Positions 13,264-27,777 of a stretch of 64,000 nucleotides of DNA are shown here, one piece after another (within the stretch, counting starts at the first letter, position 1; every line of letters begins with the position of its first letter). The stretch is from Lingula anatina (Eukaryota > Animalia > Brachiopoda): the NCBI GenBank assembly GCA_051362555.1, contig JBPQGU010000016.1, positions 5,580,001 to 5,644,000 of the forward strand, given 5' to 3'. Both the position numbers and the translations under genes were made by a program. The notes beneath the pieces were generated by a model. The model was not told the DNA's origin, ran no database searches, and saw only the letters and a program-made list of their open reading frames with translations.

Positions 13264-16200
13264 TTTTGTAAGTGTGTACATAATTATAATTATAAAAGCA
13301 TTTCTTTTTGGTTCACCCTGCAACAGATAAATACCATTTCCGTTTTATATGAAATAATTATTAAGTTGGAGCAATAATTGCTGAACTATTTGAAGATTTT
13401 AAAACTTTTAACCTCAACGTGTGGAGAGGAATAACAACCAGAAGTCTACAACAACTTCAGTCAGTTTACTGGTGTGGAGTACAGTTCTTTACAAACAACT
13501 CTCCATAACATACAAGGCTTTTTGTTTGTTTATACTGGGTGGCCTTTATTTACTATTTTGTTCATGGGCAAAAAAACAAAAATTCAGCAAGTATGTTTGA
13601 ATGAAAATTTATTTGAATGAATTTTAAACTTATAAATACAATAAATTATTAAATTATTTGACTCTATCTAACACGTTCAACTGTCTTTTAATAACACTGA
13701 AGCTTTGCACATATGCTAAAAATGTATTGCATATTTGTTTGTAGTAAATGTATTTCCTATACATGATAAAATTATTTTCTCTTATTTACAATAAACACTG
13801 AAGACAGGCTTGCAGCAGTGCTCAAGTACAGTTAACTTGACAATACCTTTTTCACATATGTAAGACAAGAAAGAAAACTGGGAAATTACAAGAAAAGAGC
13901 TTTTTCAAACAACTGGAAATTCAGAAAGAACGTTCAGAGTACAGGCACCAAATTTGTCTGAATTTCAAATGTGTGCCATCACTGGCTATTAAAGACTAAA
14001 AGATCAACGCAAGCACTACATAGAAGGTACACAGCACCTAAGAATGCAGCAACTTGGTAATAATTAGGAACATTGAACTGAATTCTAGAACAATGGAAGG
14101 AAATACATTCCTCTAAACCCATTTTAATTTTCATGAGTCACACATCTTGTACTTCTTACCTTACGTCATTTTGTCTTTCTTCAGTAAAGTTAAGAAAATG
14201 AAGATATTAAAACCAAAAAGGTCTCAAAGCTACACTTCATCATAAAAACTTAAAATTAAAAAGTTATCAACTTTGATAACCTTTTTTACAAAATGTTGAT
14301 ATAGAAATCTGAGTAAAAAATATCAATATTATACCTGATAAAAACATATGTTGCTCTTAAAGCTACCCCATCAACAGGCCTTACTCAACTTTTCTATGCA
14401 GAAATCTGGTGATGTATCTGCACCTCTTTTGTCTTTATTACGAATACTGGTGAAATACTGGAGAAGCAACTAATTAAGCATGCTTCAAACATGGCAAAAT
14501 TACTAAAACTAAAAGAAGCTTATGATATACAAAAATGTACAACTAATTCAAATATATTTTTATAAACTTAAATAAATAACATAAATATCATAAGTACAAA
14601 CATGGTCTGCACAGCTCAGTTCTTTCAACCTAATTAGAAGGGAAGTGTCTCTGCTCAAGTCTGTTTGGTGTGGTTTCATAGGAATGGACATATATTACTT
14701 TCCATCACACAAGAAAGCTAATTACAGTACACTACTGTCCTAAAACAGAACCTTGACATATGTTTAACAAATGAAGAATAGAATGGCTCACAGTAATCTT
14801 AAAAAGCCTGGGAAATTGAATCACAACTTTGCTGCCAAGTTACCTTGGTTCTTGTAAAATGTGGGCTGGCAAAAAAAATTCTGGTAAGAAATAACATCAA
14901 AAACATCACAATAACAGTCACAAGGATGATATCAGACCATCAAATTCAATCTCAACCATCACATACTGGGGGTTCTCAACATCAAGCATGTATTGCACCA
15001 ATACTGGAATCACATCTTCTAAACTACGTTTCATGTGATGTTGGCAGAGTACTTCACTGTGAGATGGATGTCTGCTGTGCAGGTATATCTGCATATTTTT
15101 ATTCTACCACAAGAGGAATATGTTAGACAGGCTTTAAAGACATCCAGGGTCGCCTACTACATATGATATGGCAAGCCATCTCCATATTTAACAACCATTT
15201 CCTGATGTAAGGTGTTTTTCAATTTAATTTGTGAATAGTATGATATGAGAAGCACTATATCTGTCCATTCTGGCAACCATGAACAGAAACATGTAGCTCT
15301 CTAGTATAACGTGGCAGGAGATAATTAATGCCATAAAATTCAGTTTCAACATTTCATGCAAGTGGATTCATTTCAGGATGGAAATTTGAGATAAGACTTT
15401 TTTATGTGAATCTTTACCCCATCCAGGTGGTGTAAGGCAGTACCAGCTCTCGAGACTTGACACCTATAGCACTTTCTTCTTTGTGTTACATAATGTAGGA
15501 CATCTTTCATATTAGAAAATGGACATGTAAACATAACAGATGAGTTGAAAATCCCTGCAAAAATTCTCTCAGTAAGCAGGCAACAGAGTTAATTAATAGC
15601 ATACTAGTCTTCTACAGCCAGTGATATTGAGCATTTTGCCACAGGCCCTCCATACATCTACATCTGGTTGCCCTGACCTCTACAGCTGATGGTCATTAGT
15701 AATCTGCAGCCTGTAGCAGTAGTGTGAGGCTATATATACTGTGTACTGGGCTAGAGAACAAGCACCTGCCTTGACCTGTTATGTAACAACTGGGCTTCAC
15801 CTGACATATGCCACTACTGCACAGCTCCACTGAGACACCACTGAAATTATTTCACAATCTAAAATACTGCACAGTTCCACTAAGACACCACTGAAATCAT
15901 TTCACATTCTACTAAGTTTGACTCAAGTTGCGGCAGGAAATTGAGATGTGTCACTTAAAAACCAGCCGAAACTTGTTTCCTTAAGTGACAAAACTTTTTG
16001 ACTCCACTGCTCAAATAAAAGTTTCTTGTAAATTTCAGTAAAACTTTGGCTCATACAACCACCTCACACAACTGTCATGTGCTGCCATTTATTACCAAGC
16101 CAGCAACATCAGTGCACACTAACCCTATATGCTCTAGAGTGAAAAATGGGTTTCACCTAACTTAATAAATGGTTCCTCACCTTGCAGTGGTAGAAGTCGT

Positions 16201-17749
16201 CTAGTTGTATCACTGTGTATGTTAAGTACAAAATTATTGACCTCTTCATAAATAAGATCTACATCTTCATATATAAATATAAGATGCAGTTGCAACTGTT
16301 GCATAGAATATCAACAGATTAATTTCTGGAGGTGATGGCCTTCTTAATAGTTTTCATCAATGACAATAAATAATATGAGTACGACCAGATCAACTTTAAA
16401 ACACCATGATTGATATAAAAAAGATAAAACCTAAGACCCACAGTTATTTTATATGACATTTTGTATAAAAATAACAAATATCATTTTCTTTAAACAACAC
16501 TAAGTAGAGACAATAGTCTTAAATGACAATCTCAAGTTGCTGATTTGTATTACAGTATTATTTGACACTATTCCTCCACTCTCTCTATTTCAGTCAGCTG
16601 GCCTGCCTGCCTGCCTGCCTGCCTATTCATTATGCAGACGTTCACTGTTCCTTCTTCCCCACGCTCCAGTGATTTATTACACCTTGTTCTCATTGGGAAC
16701 AAAGCTGACTATGACCTTCACCTGATCATGTGATAACAGCATGAATATCTTTAAAATCGTCTCACTTGAAAGTATATACCATTTCTCCCACCTTTTGTTT
16801 TTATTTTCTTGAATCAAAGCATTTGGAAAGCTGTTAAAAGTAGCTTTAGGAAAGCACCATGTTTAAACTCAATTGTTGGTCCTGATCTTTCTCTCTTTTT
16901 TAATGGATTTTACAAAAATTTTAGAGTGATCTATGCATGCTTATCCTCTAAAAGTTCCCATTCCATCAGAGCTGAACTGCATTCTTACTAAATTAATATA
17001 AACACTGGTTTACTCCTTTTCCCCACTGTATGTGAACATAAACATATATAAAGTCCATGGCATGAAGGAGACCACTTTGGAAAAAAAAAATCCGCCAAAC
17101 CAGGTGTCTGTATCAACAGAATACATTGAAACAACACTGTTATGTACTAGTCTAGAGAAATACCAGCTAGAGAACAGTATGGGGGTATTCCCTAAATAAA
17201 CCAGCATAAACAGTGACTTGAATCATTCATACAGAAACCAGCATACCTGTGAACTCATTCATATATATTTAATTGGTACAATAATCTCTCTGCATACCAA
17301 CATCATCGTACCTGTAGGAATTTCTGTAATTTCACACTATCAGCAAATGAGTTAAGTTTTTAGCTGGCTAGGTTATTTGTTCCAGTTTAGCTCTGTGTAA
17401 ATGACCAAATGTTATAGCTAAATGAGAGATGCCATGGATACACATGATACAAGTCTATACCTGGAATTATTGAGATCACCTCTGGGAATCCCACTTCAGA
17501 CATCAATATTATTATTATTATTATATCAACAGATTAAATACTGAGATCTCTTTCTCCGTCTTTTGTACCACAACAGCAAATGGTCAACATATTTGGAATT
17601 CTTCGTACCTCAGCACCAAAACACTTGATCATAATCTTAATCAATAAATAATATAATAAAATACTTTTACATTATACAGAAACTGTAGAATTCAGAATCA
17701 GCTTTATAGCAGTACATTGTGTCTTGCAGTTCTAAGTCAGAGTGGCAGC

Positions 17750-18664
17750 CTACATTCCCACTAATACTTGCATTATGTTTTCCAGTTCATCATTCCATAA
17801 GAGGTCATTTCTGCAACTGTCCACTCCGCAGGAACTTGGTAACAAGACGTCCATATTAGAAAATGTCCTTGCCAGGTCATCCGTCGTGATGGGGGTCACG
17901 GGGAGTTTTACATTAGGCGAGGCAGGCGATAGAAGATCAAAGTCACAGCCTGCCATATCAATATCACCTAGAGGATCATCAACTTTGCTAGGACTAGTCC
18001 AACATGATGATAGAGAAGAGAGAATACTTGAACCTATGATGTTTTCATCCTCAAACAGTGAGTTCAGATTGAGAGACGATAACGATTCAACAGTTAAAAG
18101 TTTGTCAAGTCCATTTTCAATAGTTGATGCAATGTTTCTCTGCGGCGTCACAGCATGAGTCCCCAGTATATCTGTTGACCCAGTTACAGGAACAGAGAGA
18201 GCAATAGCTGATGTTGTTGTTAATATTAAAGGTGCTGCAGAGGAAGAATTGTCACTTGATGGTGTGGAAACTATGGCTGCTGTATCTGAGACAGCAACAT
18301 TAGGAGTCTTTGGTTCTTCAATATCAGTCTTATTATTAACATTATTTCCTATAGAAGATAACTCCAGATGTGTCATATGGTCTTGGCAAGGAATTGGATC
18401 CAGTGCCATTTCTTCACATTGAATACTGGGGAGAATGGATGGTTTTGATGCATCATACACCTTCACCCCCTCCTGACGCAGTTCTTCCTCGATAAACTTC
18501 AACGTATTAAATATAAGCACCGACCTCCGCAGACATGGCTCGACTCTCCTCAATGAGGAGGTCCGTAACTTGCACATGGAGATATTCAAAATGGACTGAC
18601 GCTGATGTGTGTAGCATTCGAGGTCGGTGTCTTCCTCGTGTTTGCGCTTAACTCTTCCCAACAT
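17750..18664 (-). CDS. SERTAD2: SERTA domain protein (SERTAD2/CDCA4-like, TRIP-Br family), single coding exon, 304 aa
   Basis: N-terminal MLGRVKRKHEE, SERTA domain YTHQRQSILNISMCKL...EPCLRRSVLIFNTLKFIEEEL and C-terminal LENIMQVLVGM (family LDHIMEVLVGS type). A splice acceptor at 18729-18730 lies upstream of the ATG. Confidence 0.9.
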   Translation of the reverse strand: MLGRVKRKHEEDTDLECYTHQRQSILNISMCKLRTSSLRRVEPCLRRSVLIFNTLKFIEEELRQEGVKVYDASKPSILPSIQCEEMALDPIPCQDHMTHLELSSIGNNVNNKTDIEEPKTPNVAVSDTAAIVSTPSSDNSSSAAPLILTTTSAIALSVPVTGSTDILGTHAVTPQRNIASTIENGLDKLLTVESLSSLNLNSLFEDENIIGSSILSSLSSCWTSPSKVDDPLGDIDMAGCDFDLLSPASPNVKLPVTPITTDDLARTFSNMDVLLPSSCGVDSCRNDLLWNDELENIMQVLVGM

Positions 18665-21600
18665 TTTTTTCTTATGGTGACCAAATGGAGCTCTCCACTT
18701 ACCAAGACATTAGTATCCACTTGTTAGCCTGGGAAGAAAAAGGAGACAAATTATTAATTACATGTAAAACGTACATTGAGACCCTGTGAAGAAAAGAAGA
18801 CATATCTAGGGTAGCACTAGCAATTTTTTTTCTTCGTTTAGCCAAATCACCTCTTTTGGGTCAATTTGTTATCTAAATTGTGATAAATTTACTAAAATAA
18901 GTCAAATCAAGCACTTTTTGTTTAGCCAATTGACGTCAGTTTTAGCAATAGGCTAAATACAAGTCTGTTGCTAATGTACTATCAAAGTAAAAACTCCTGA
19001 CATTAGTATCAGGTCACAGGGAAATTTACTGATACTTCCCAAAAGGTAAAAGTTTGTTCTTTTCATAACACTCAAAAAAATTTTACCTGTTGTTGTGAAA
19101 CAACAGTGAAAGGGGTATTCCCCATGTAACACAAATAAACTTAAATTCAATAATCATTAACAAAGCAAAATACGATGCCGATCACTGAATTGTTTAAAAA
19201 AAAATGAAAGTGAAATCAAAAATTTTGGAACAAAGCAGACAACTTCCTGATATACTTCAACAAAGAAAGACAAGGCAACTCATTCAGGATACAGTATCTT
19301 TATCAGGGGTCCAGTAACCAAACAAACCCTTAGTTACCCATCGCAAAGCCATCACTGAATCAATATCAGATTTCAGTTCTGTTTTAAGACAAGTAAACCT
19401 ACCAGATCATCTTTTGAGCAGAGACAAAACAGAACTACTTCTTCACCATAGCCCCATGAGTCCCGGTACTGGTGGAGTCAGTTATGAATAATGCCCAGGC
19501 ATGACTCATATAGGGAACACTTCCTCTCCCTCAAAAAGAAGACACGCCGCAATCACAGTCCTTCCACCAATGAAAACCCCTCCAACAACACAACTGATTT
19601 CTTATCTATCTCTTCTTCCACAAGCAATGGACATCACTTCTAAAGATCTACCCGAGTTCCAGCAAAGTTCCCTTCCCCTCCATGCTTATAGCAGCCCCTA
19701 CCTGCCTGACCTGGCGTAATACTAACTTGCCTGTGCAGCTCCCTTTGTCAGGTCAGCAAAAGGAGGTCACCACCACTCACATTAACATGCTGCAGAACGC
19801 ACTGAGAACACACCACCTAAGGAAACTTACTTGTCTCAATAATGATCAAAATTAACTGGAACCAAGGAGAATTCTACTGCTTCTGATCATATCCTGCTTG
19901 TCTTTGATAAACATGTTATGAAAGGTGACTGTAAGGTCGACATCATAACACTGTAAAACTTCAAGTAAACAACTTTAAGCCTACGTAATAATGCAAATGT
20001 TATGTGTTTACAACAGAATAGCTTACTTTATATTCACTGCTATATTTTTAAAGAGTATGCATGCACTGAAGAGAATTGCTTCACTTATTACTAAAATAAG
20101 CCTTTACACTAACAACTAATTTTAATCAAATCCTCCCGCATTGTACTAGTACAATTTCAATAGACTGTAATTAAGTTTTTCCATGATAACTTCTCATTAG
20201 GACATCAAACTTAATAAGGTATCAATCAAACCAATCACACCAATTTCATACCCTAATTTCATCAATAACAAGCCTGCCTTGGTTAAATGATAATTTCTAC
20301 CACTGTGCAAAGCTGATAAGTCCCAATTTAACATTTTCCACAAAGCTTGTAAAATGTTTCTCTCACTTACCAGCCGCCCTGACCCAAGTTGACATGATAA
20401 CATTCTAAGTCAAGAGCCTTCCAGCAGCTCTACCTCTCTCTTCCCTGTAGACAACTAATTCTGACAGTTTTTCTTGGAAGAGCTTATTATAGGTTAGCCC
20501 TCCAATGCTTGATACCAGTTATCTTTGATTTTCATATCAGGTTGTTTTGCCACTGTCATAAACCAGCTTCAATTTATCAAGCTTGTTCTTAGAATGGCAT
20601 AACCCACGACAGAGAGCAGTGGAAGATCTTTGTTGGTGCCATACATGTCAGCCGGGGTAAAAGAAATTGATGGTGACAATTCTTAGAATGATTTTATCAG
20701 TTACAATCATACTCAAATTATACTTTCGGATGAAAAAAAATCATTCAATATACAAGATTATGATATTAAGTAACATGTTTACAAAACTAAAAAAAAAAGT
20801 ACAGCGAGTAGGTGGTCTCTTTAACATGGGCTCAGTGAAAAACATTGGATGAGTACTGAAATCAAACCAACTTCATTCCAAGTAAGATCAAACATAAAGA
20901 CCAAAAAATTTCTTGGCCCAAGCTGTTCAAAAAGAAAGAGAAAACAATGCAGCAGTATTTCATATGTATCTCTTCTTCTCCATATGATATCATCTTTCAC
21001 ATCATCTGAGATGCGAAAACCTTCACATAGGGACTATTCCCAGACCCTACCATATTAACAGCAGCTCAATCTAGGTATGGGAGCCCAGTCAAAGGTCAAT
21101 GGTCCTCTTCTTTCACAAATTCATATGCAGGCCTAACTTGGACCTAAAATTGACCAAATCATGTCTCTTTATAAATACTAGTGAACCAAGTTTTCTCCAG
21201 AGAGCCATATAGTTTTTAAGATGGCTGGACAGCTTAGGAAAATTTTGGGTAATGAGTGGTAGGGGACTGACTTGTTTGGGTTGGACTCCCTTTAAATTAG
21301 TGACCAAATTACAGATTCATATTTTGGACTCCCCATAACTAAAATCCTGGGTACACCACTGCTTGTGAACCACATGAATTCATATCCATGTAAAACTAAA
21401 AAGTGGAGGGTGCAGATTGGGAAATTTCACCATCTCTTCTAGCTAGGGCCTTGAACAAACTTTTTTTTAATTTTCAACATCAATTTGGGACAACCTTCCG
21501 CAGCCCAATATGCTGACTAGAGGAATACTTCAGTGCTGCAGTGAACATCTTTGGTCTTGGTTAATGATGCATACGAAGTCAATCTTTTTGCCACAAAAAC

Positions 21601-24600
21601 CAACCAAATGCCAGTGTATAGTTTCAAATAGTATAACTAAGAGAAATATCAAAAGACATAATGCTAATATTACCTGAAAAATGACATCTGAAAGAAACTA
21701 GCAGAAGAGGCTTTTCGAGTTACGGTGAACCCACGCTCCACCAATAACATAAAGTTTAAGTCCCATGTAAGAATTTCAATGCACAGTATTCAACAGCCCA
21801 CAAACACGCTCACATTTGAAGACAACCTCTCTTAAACCATTTGAACACTTTCAAATAGGAAATACATACACAATAAAAGTATAGCAAATTTTGCCACAAC
21901 ATTTAATTCAAGCAAACACCCTATGACTAACTTGACGTTACACGCCATAGAGGAAATAGCAACGTGCAATAAAACCAATTTTAACTGTTAAAATTATACT
22001 CCAGAATTACAAGTTTATATTTAAACAGATCCTAGGTATCAGGGCCTCCATAACATACAGATATCTCTATAAATCTGTCTGGATATGTATTGAGAAAATA
22101 TAAGCAGGCGATGTGGCTTAAAATCAATATTCTACAGTGGCAACAGTTCAACAAAGTGGCAAGCTAGATCAATGAGACACAACGGAGATATAATACTGTG
22201 TATTTAGCTAGGACACCAGGCAGATAGTATCTTTCAAACTGGCACTGACAATGGTCACTTTCCATATTGATCAATCAGTATATATCATCTTAATAATGGG
22301 GCATTATCTGTCGATTTAATCAACTACTACCAGAATATATATTAGAAAATAAACCCTACTAAAGCAAAAAATAAAAAAAAAAACAAAGAAAAATCATGAT
22401 CTATTAGAAGACTTTTTTGTTCATCTTTTCTCCAAATTTCAGTACCATCATTCCTACAGAGTTACTCATTCAACAGCCTTGCTTTATTCCTTTGCGAAAG
22501 TTGGGGCAATATGCTGAATCCTTTATTTTGCAGATTCTGTATGTCAATCTCAAATATCAGAATTAAGATATACAATTAGGATGACCTTTCACAATTTTGA
22601 TGACAGGGGGATGCAAATATATTGCAATATCAGGGAGGCAATATCAAGTTCAAAGCATAGAAGAAAACTTGCCACTGATTTTGAACATATTTTCCACTCC
22701 ATCCTGTTGATATAAAGTCAAGGAATGGTAATAATCACCCGCACACCTTTCACCACTGTTAAGTTGTGAGATGAATGCTTGAGAGAGCCAGCCAGCCCCC
22801 CCCCCCCCCCCCCCCCAGCAATCCTTCAATCATGAATACCAATGTAGAAATATTTGCAATTGTGACTGATAACATATAAAAAAACACACCAGAATATCAG
22901 ATTATTTCAGTGACACTGATCAGGTACGAGCAAAAGTAATTACTAGTATATTAAATTTTTTAAAATTTATTTTATATTAAATTTAAATTTGACATTAACT
23001 CTCCTTTTTGAAATAAATTACAGTATTAAAATCCAAGAAAGTGAACTAACGACATTTATAAATCCCATCTACATCCCAGTTATATCTGTTGAAATAGACA
23101 TGTTAATTACTTCTCCCTACTTACAAGAATAAGAGATGTCCTGACCTGGATATGAGATAAATATCATGCATCTGTCCAAGAACTGTTCACAGCTATTCAT
23201 TCATGAATACAATCTTTTCCCGTTGCTTTTCCTTGGGCGTAATCATTACAACACAACAGCAAATCAGTGGTCTCTGTATTGTACCTATACTATCTCTATT
23301 ACCAAAAGGCACGTCTTTCTTAAGAAAGTAAAACTACCCCTACAAATTAACACTACAAGTGAGGTCACTGCGTGTTAATCCAGATAGCCAACTTCATCCC
23401 ATCTTCAGGTCACATTAGCATAGGTCCTCTTATTGGAAATTTCTAGCACCAGTCAACAGGTCTGATCATGACCTTAATGGGTTAATGCCCTGATGTTTGA
23501 CCTGCCATGACTCTCTATTACCCTTCACCTCACAGTCCACATAATACACACTTGACTTCTTCTTTGAAGGCAGTGGAAAAATAAAGTGAAAACTCAGATG
23601 TTTGAATAGGGTGGTTTTATATCACTTTAATGCAGGAAAGTAACATCTCAATATAATAACCATTACACTGAAGAACTTATTTTCTATTTTCTATTTATTT
23701 ACTTTATTTTTTTAATGATTATAATTTTTACTCAATGTTATTAAAAGACAGGTCAGATATAGTCAATTACGAATATACCACTTATTTTTAACATTTCAGG
23801 TGTACAGTTCTGGTGCAAATAAATCATCTTGAGGCAAACTTAACTTCAAAGCTTCAAATTTGTCACTTGACTTATCACCTAAGATAATCTCCAAAGTTAA
23901 TGATGGAGTGGTACAGACAGCTGAAGGACTCAGAGCCTTACTCTGGCAATGCAAAGTAACTAGTTATGTAACACCAAATATGAATCCATATAGCTCCAAC
24001 ACATGACATACTACGAGGAGGCAAAATTTCATATATCGTGCTCGCTCGGCTGACAGCTATTTAGCGTGAACCCCCAGGGAGTTAAGTCGATCTAGTTTGG
24101 ATCGATCTAATCTCTGGGAATGGGGTCTTATTTAAATCATTTTGTTATAATCACTAAATAAAATATTTGGGCTTATTAGTAACAATTAATTCCATTGCTG
24201 ACAACAAAACTTGTTTATCTTCGTGTACTTACATTCATTTATTTATTTTTTTTTTTTTTTTTTTTTGGCTTATTGAAAAAATGGGAAAATATGGCTGGGG
24301 TTAAGAGGGCCACCAAGGCCAAAAATGTTTGTGGCTCCCAAAAAGTCAGAAATCCACCAAGTCGGTAAAATGTCCTCCCTGTAATTTCCATGTGAGAAAC
24401 CATTTAAAGGCACTTTTTTCTATGCATAATGACAATATGATTAAAGTTTCCGCTAGTAGTATTACTTATATGCTAGGATTTACAGAATAAATCAATTTGT
24501 TTTTTAATTATGTTTCCTTGTAATGATTTACAGTGCATTTTGATGGTTGTACTAGACTTAAGTTAACCAAGTATTTCCACAGACATAAAATAAGGTATAC

Positions 24601-25680
24601 AGAGAAAGACTTCATAAAGCATAATAGGTGTTTGTGATCTCAAACCACAGATTTGTGATCACGAACATTAAATCTTAAAGACTAAACTGGTAATTATTTC
24701 ATGGGGGAAACATTAAGTGATAGTGGTCATGAACATCATATGAAAGAGCACAAAAATTTGGCCAACTTTCATCTAGGTCTCTCACTATTTACATACATTC
24801 TTCCCAATATCACACTATTAACAATACCAGAGTACTTAATGTTCTCCCGGAAAACTTTGGCACATGACACTTGTTCATAACATATCCAACATACGGAATA
24901 ATGATTTTCAACTTGCAACATTGTGCCCATGCCTACTATTTTTAAGTTTGTGTCATGAAATCGTAGTATGAGTTGTTAACTCCGCATTCGCTACCACAAA
25001 TGTGAGGCTTGAGATCACAAACAGCAAGTTTGTTTATAAGGCGTGGAATGCATGAAAAAGATTTCAGCGTATCGTTCTCTCCCGAACAGGTCATTTCGTT
25101 CAAACTGCTGTAGATCATTCATCTTGGGTTTAACCACAGCAGAAAACTTATAAAATCTAATAGTCAAGCATATGAATCTACCCTCACTTATGGTTGTCTT
25201 GGGGAAAATGGTTGGCTTTCTCTGAGTGTGCAAGACATGAGTGAGAGATGAATTAGATGATGGTGGATGTGCAAACTAGACATTAAAATACAGTTTTTGG
25301 GGCTATTTGCTTTCATAAATAAGCACAACAGTGTCAGAGACTGTATATAGTGCCCATATACTGCTGCAATCACTTTGAGCACTGTGTTCCATATTGCGAA
25401 TGATCCATGACTTTGTCAAATTTTTTTATCTGCAGTGAAGTGCAAAAGAAAAAGATACATTTTGGCAATATTTATTATTGGTATTTATCTATTAAAAATC
25501 TTAAAAGTAAGTATTTGTCCTAAGATTAGTTAAACACAAAGTGATTTTTGTACTTTAAAGATAAAATGCGAGTTTAAAATCTTATGCTTATCCCTTTAAA
25601 ACCAACCCTGATTCCTACGCTGTCGTTACTATCGTAGGCCGCAGTTGTGCGTAATAGTTACTAATACAAACGGAACTTAC

Positions 25681-26160
25681 CAGTTTCCCGTTATTTCCAT
25701 TAGATAAGTCTTAACAAAGTACTCCCGTTACTAATATGTCTCCTATCTATCTAACATATAATTTTCACTGTTGCACAGGCTAAATGAAATCATAACCTAC
25801 TTTCATCTTTCTAATCTTAACGTCAATGGAAGTCCCCGTCTAATTCAAAAACTTACCCCAACTTGTCCTAACACAGCGAAAACTTTGTTAGGTTTCACAT
25901 TAAGTTTCCTTCCCTCGGAAAGTCTCCGCAGTAGGTCGAATCTTATCTTAGTCGAAGCCACATCTTTAAACCTTGCGCTTTCTTTGTTTTTCGTCTCGAA
26001 AAATAAAACTTTGACGTCCTTATTTCAGCAGAAGTATAATAATCAATTTTGACCTCTAGGTCAACGTAGGCGATGTGCCCCGCAGAAATGTTCCGGTAGA
26101 GTTCTGATTGGTTGACAACAAATATATCCGATAGGTGGCTGACAAGCACCTGCATCACGG
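25681..26160 (-). promoter_or_regulatory. Candidate non-coding first exon and promoter of the SERTAD gene
   Basis: Locally CpG-rich. Minus-strand donor GTAAGT at 25680, TGACGTC at about 26012, CCGGAA (ETS-like) at about 26091 and CCAAT at about 26107. The link to SERTAD is inferred. Confidence 0.45.
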
Positions 26161-26174
26161 GGTAACGACACGCA

Positions 26175-26740
26175 GATTCAGATTCAGAAGTTTATTGACA
26201 ATCGCCCTACATCCGGGCATGATCAAATACAAATACAAGAAGTAATCCACAGAGTGATTACCATATACATATCTAATAAAGTAGAAGATGAGTTCCACCT
26301 CCTGCTAGAGTGTAAAGCGTATTAATAACTCACTACGTGATTCCTTCAGAGGGCAGCTGTCAGATTTCCTACCCCTGGGCGACCTCAGCAATAATAAACT
26401 GTTTAATCTTCTTATGGGTGCCCAAGACATAGACATTCTTAGAATGGTTATGTGTTTTGTAAATAGATGCTTAAAACAAAGAGAACAGGCCCTCTATTAA
26501 TGCATTGTACTCTCTCCAATGTACTCATTCTAATTCATCACCTTCATGTATAGATTGCCATAATACATTCCTTATATAACTTATTATAAAGTAACTTATT
26601 GATATTATGCTACATGTAAACATTGAAATCATGTATATTTATTTATATACCTGTTTGTACTGTTGTAGTTAGATGTAATTGTCTTTGTCCTTGATTGTAC
26701 CTTATTTGTAAAGGTGTATCAATAAAGAATCCCATCCTAT
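26175..26740 (+). mobile_element. Non-LTR retrotransposon 3' fragment with an inverted 3'-end segment at its 5' side
   Basis: EDEFHLLLECKAY zinc-finger remnant at about 26281, AATAAA at 26721, inverted (TGAATC)n tail and AATAAA at 26175-26196, flanked by ACGCA direct repeats. Confidence 0.7.
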
Positions 26741-27777
26741 ACGCAAAAAGTTCACATCTGACGTGACCTAGTAGTTAGATTATCCATACCAAATATAAAA
26801 ACATATGTACATGACATGCCATTTAATACGGTTTTTAATGTATGATTCAGCTAGTCAAAATTTTAATTTCAAGAGGGGACCATCGGTGTGATTTTTTTTT
26901 CAGAAATCGAAGGGGACCGGTCCCCCCTGGCACCCCCTATATCCCCCTTTAAATGATAACTAATCAAGTTTTATGAACTTTTAAATTGATTTATAATTTT
27001 TACCCATCGTGTATGACTTATCTATAGATGTTTTTTATCTTTATTATATTTTTATTCATTTTAATTTAATATGATGGTTTTGTTTTTAAGTGTTCAGAGT
27101 AATAACAGATGCCAGCCTGATATAAAATAGGGAAAGAAATAAAAAAATCTTTGTGACCCTCTTCGGCTGTAAATTATTGATTTTCATGACGTAGTGTGCT
27201 TCGAAATGAACACCTGGTTAAGATTAACCATATGCTCCTATTATCTGAAAACAAAAATGGTGACATACAGTACAATGTACATGTATCAACTTTCATTCAT
27301 GTATTGATATGATAACCAAAGAGTATAACAGCACTATACTTTGTCTCTTAAAAAAACTTTTTTATTTCAAAAACACAAAAACAGCCTAAGTCGACATGAA
27401 CAGGCAATTAAAGGAGTGAAAAAGTATTCACAATTTCACATCTATAATTAATTTCAAACTGTTTTATGCCAAATCTTGATTACATGGTAAACGTACAGGA
27501 CACAAATATTTAGAGATACTTATAAATATAAATGTCTTTCAGTGGGAATTCTTTTGAATAATGTACAAATGATGCAAGTTACAGCAAATCAAAGCATGCA
27601 TCTGCCTAAATAAACAAACTTGCATTGCTTGTATTTTGTAATAATGTATGTACCAGCTAGTAATATTCAAGCTCTCTTTTTAGCAGTAACATTCTTAAAT
27701 CTTACTATGTACAGCGCACTACAGCCAGAGTTTTGTGTTTCATTTGAAATATTTTTGTGTGTAATGCAACTGGGTTA

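Noticed and set aside
19100-21100. Possible decayed retroelement or transposase fragments in the SERTAD intron, including a Cys/His-like stretch near 20545
   Set aside because: Too degenerate to assign by eye; needs RepeatMasker or tBLASTx.
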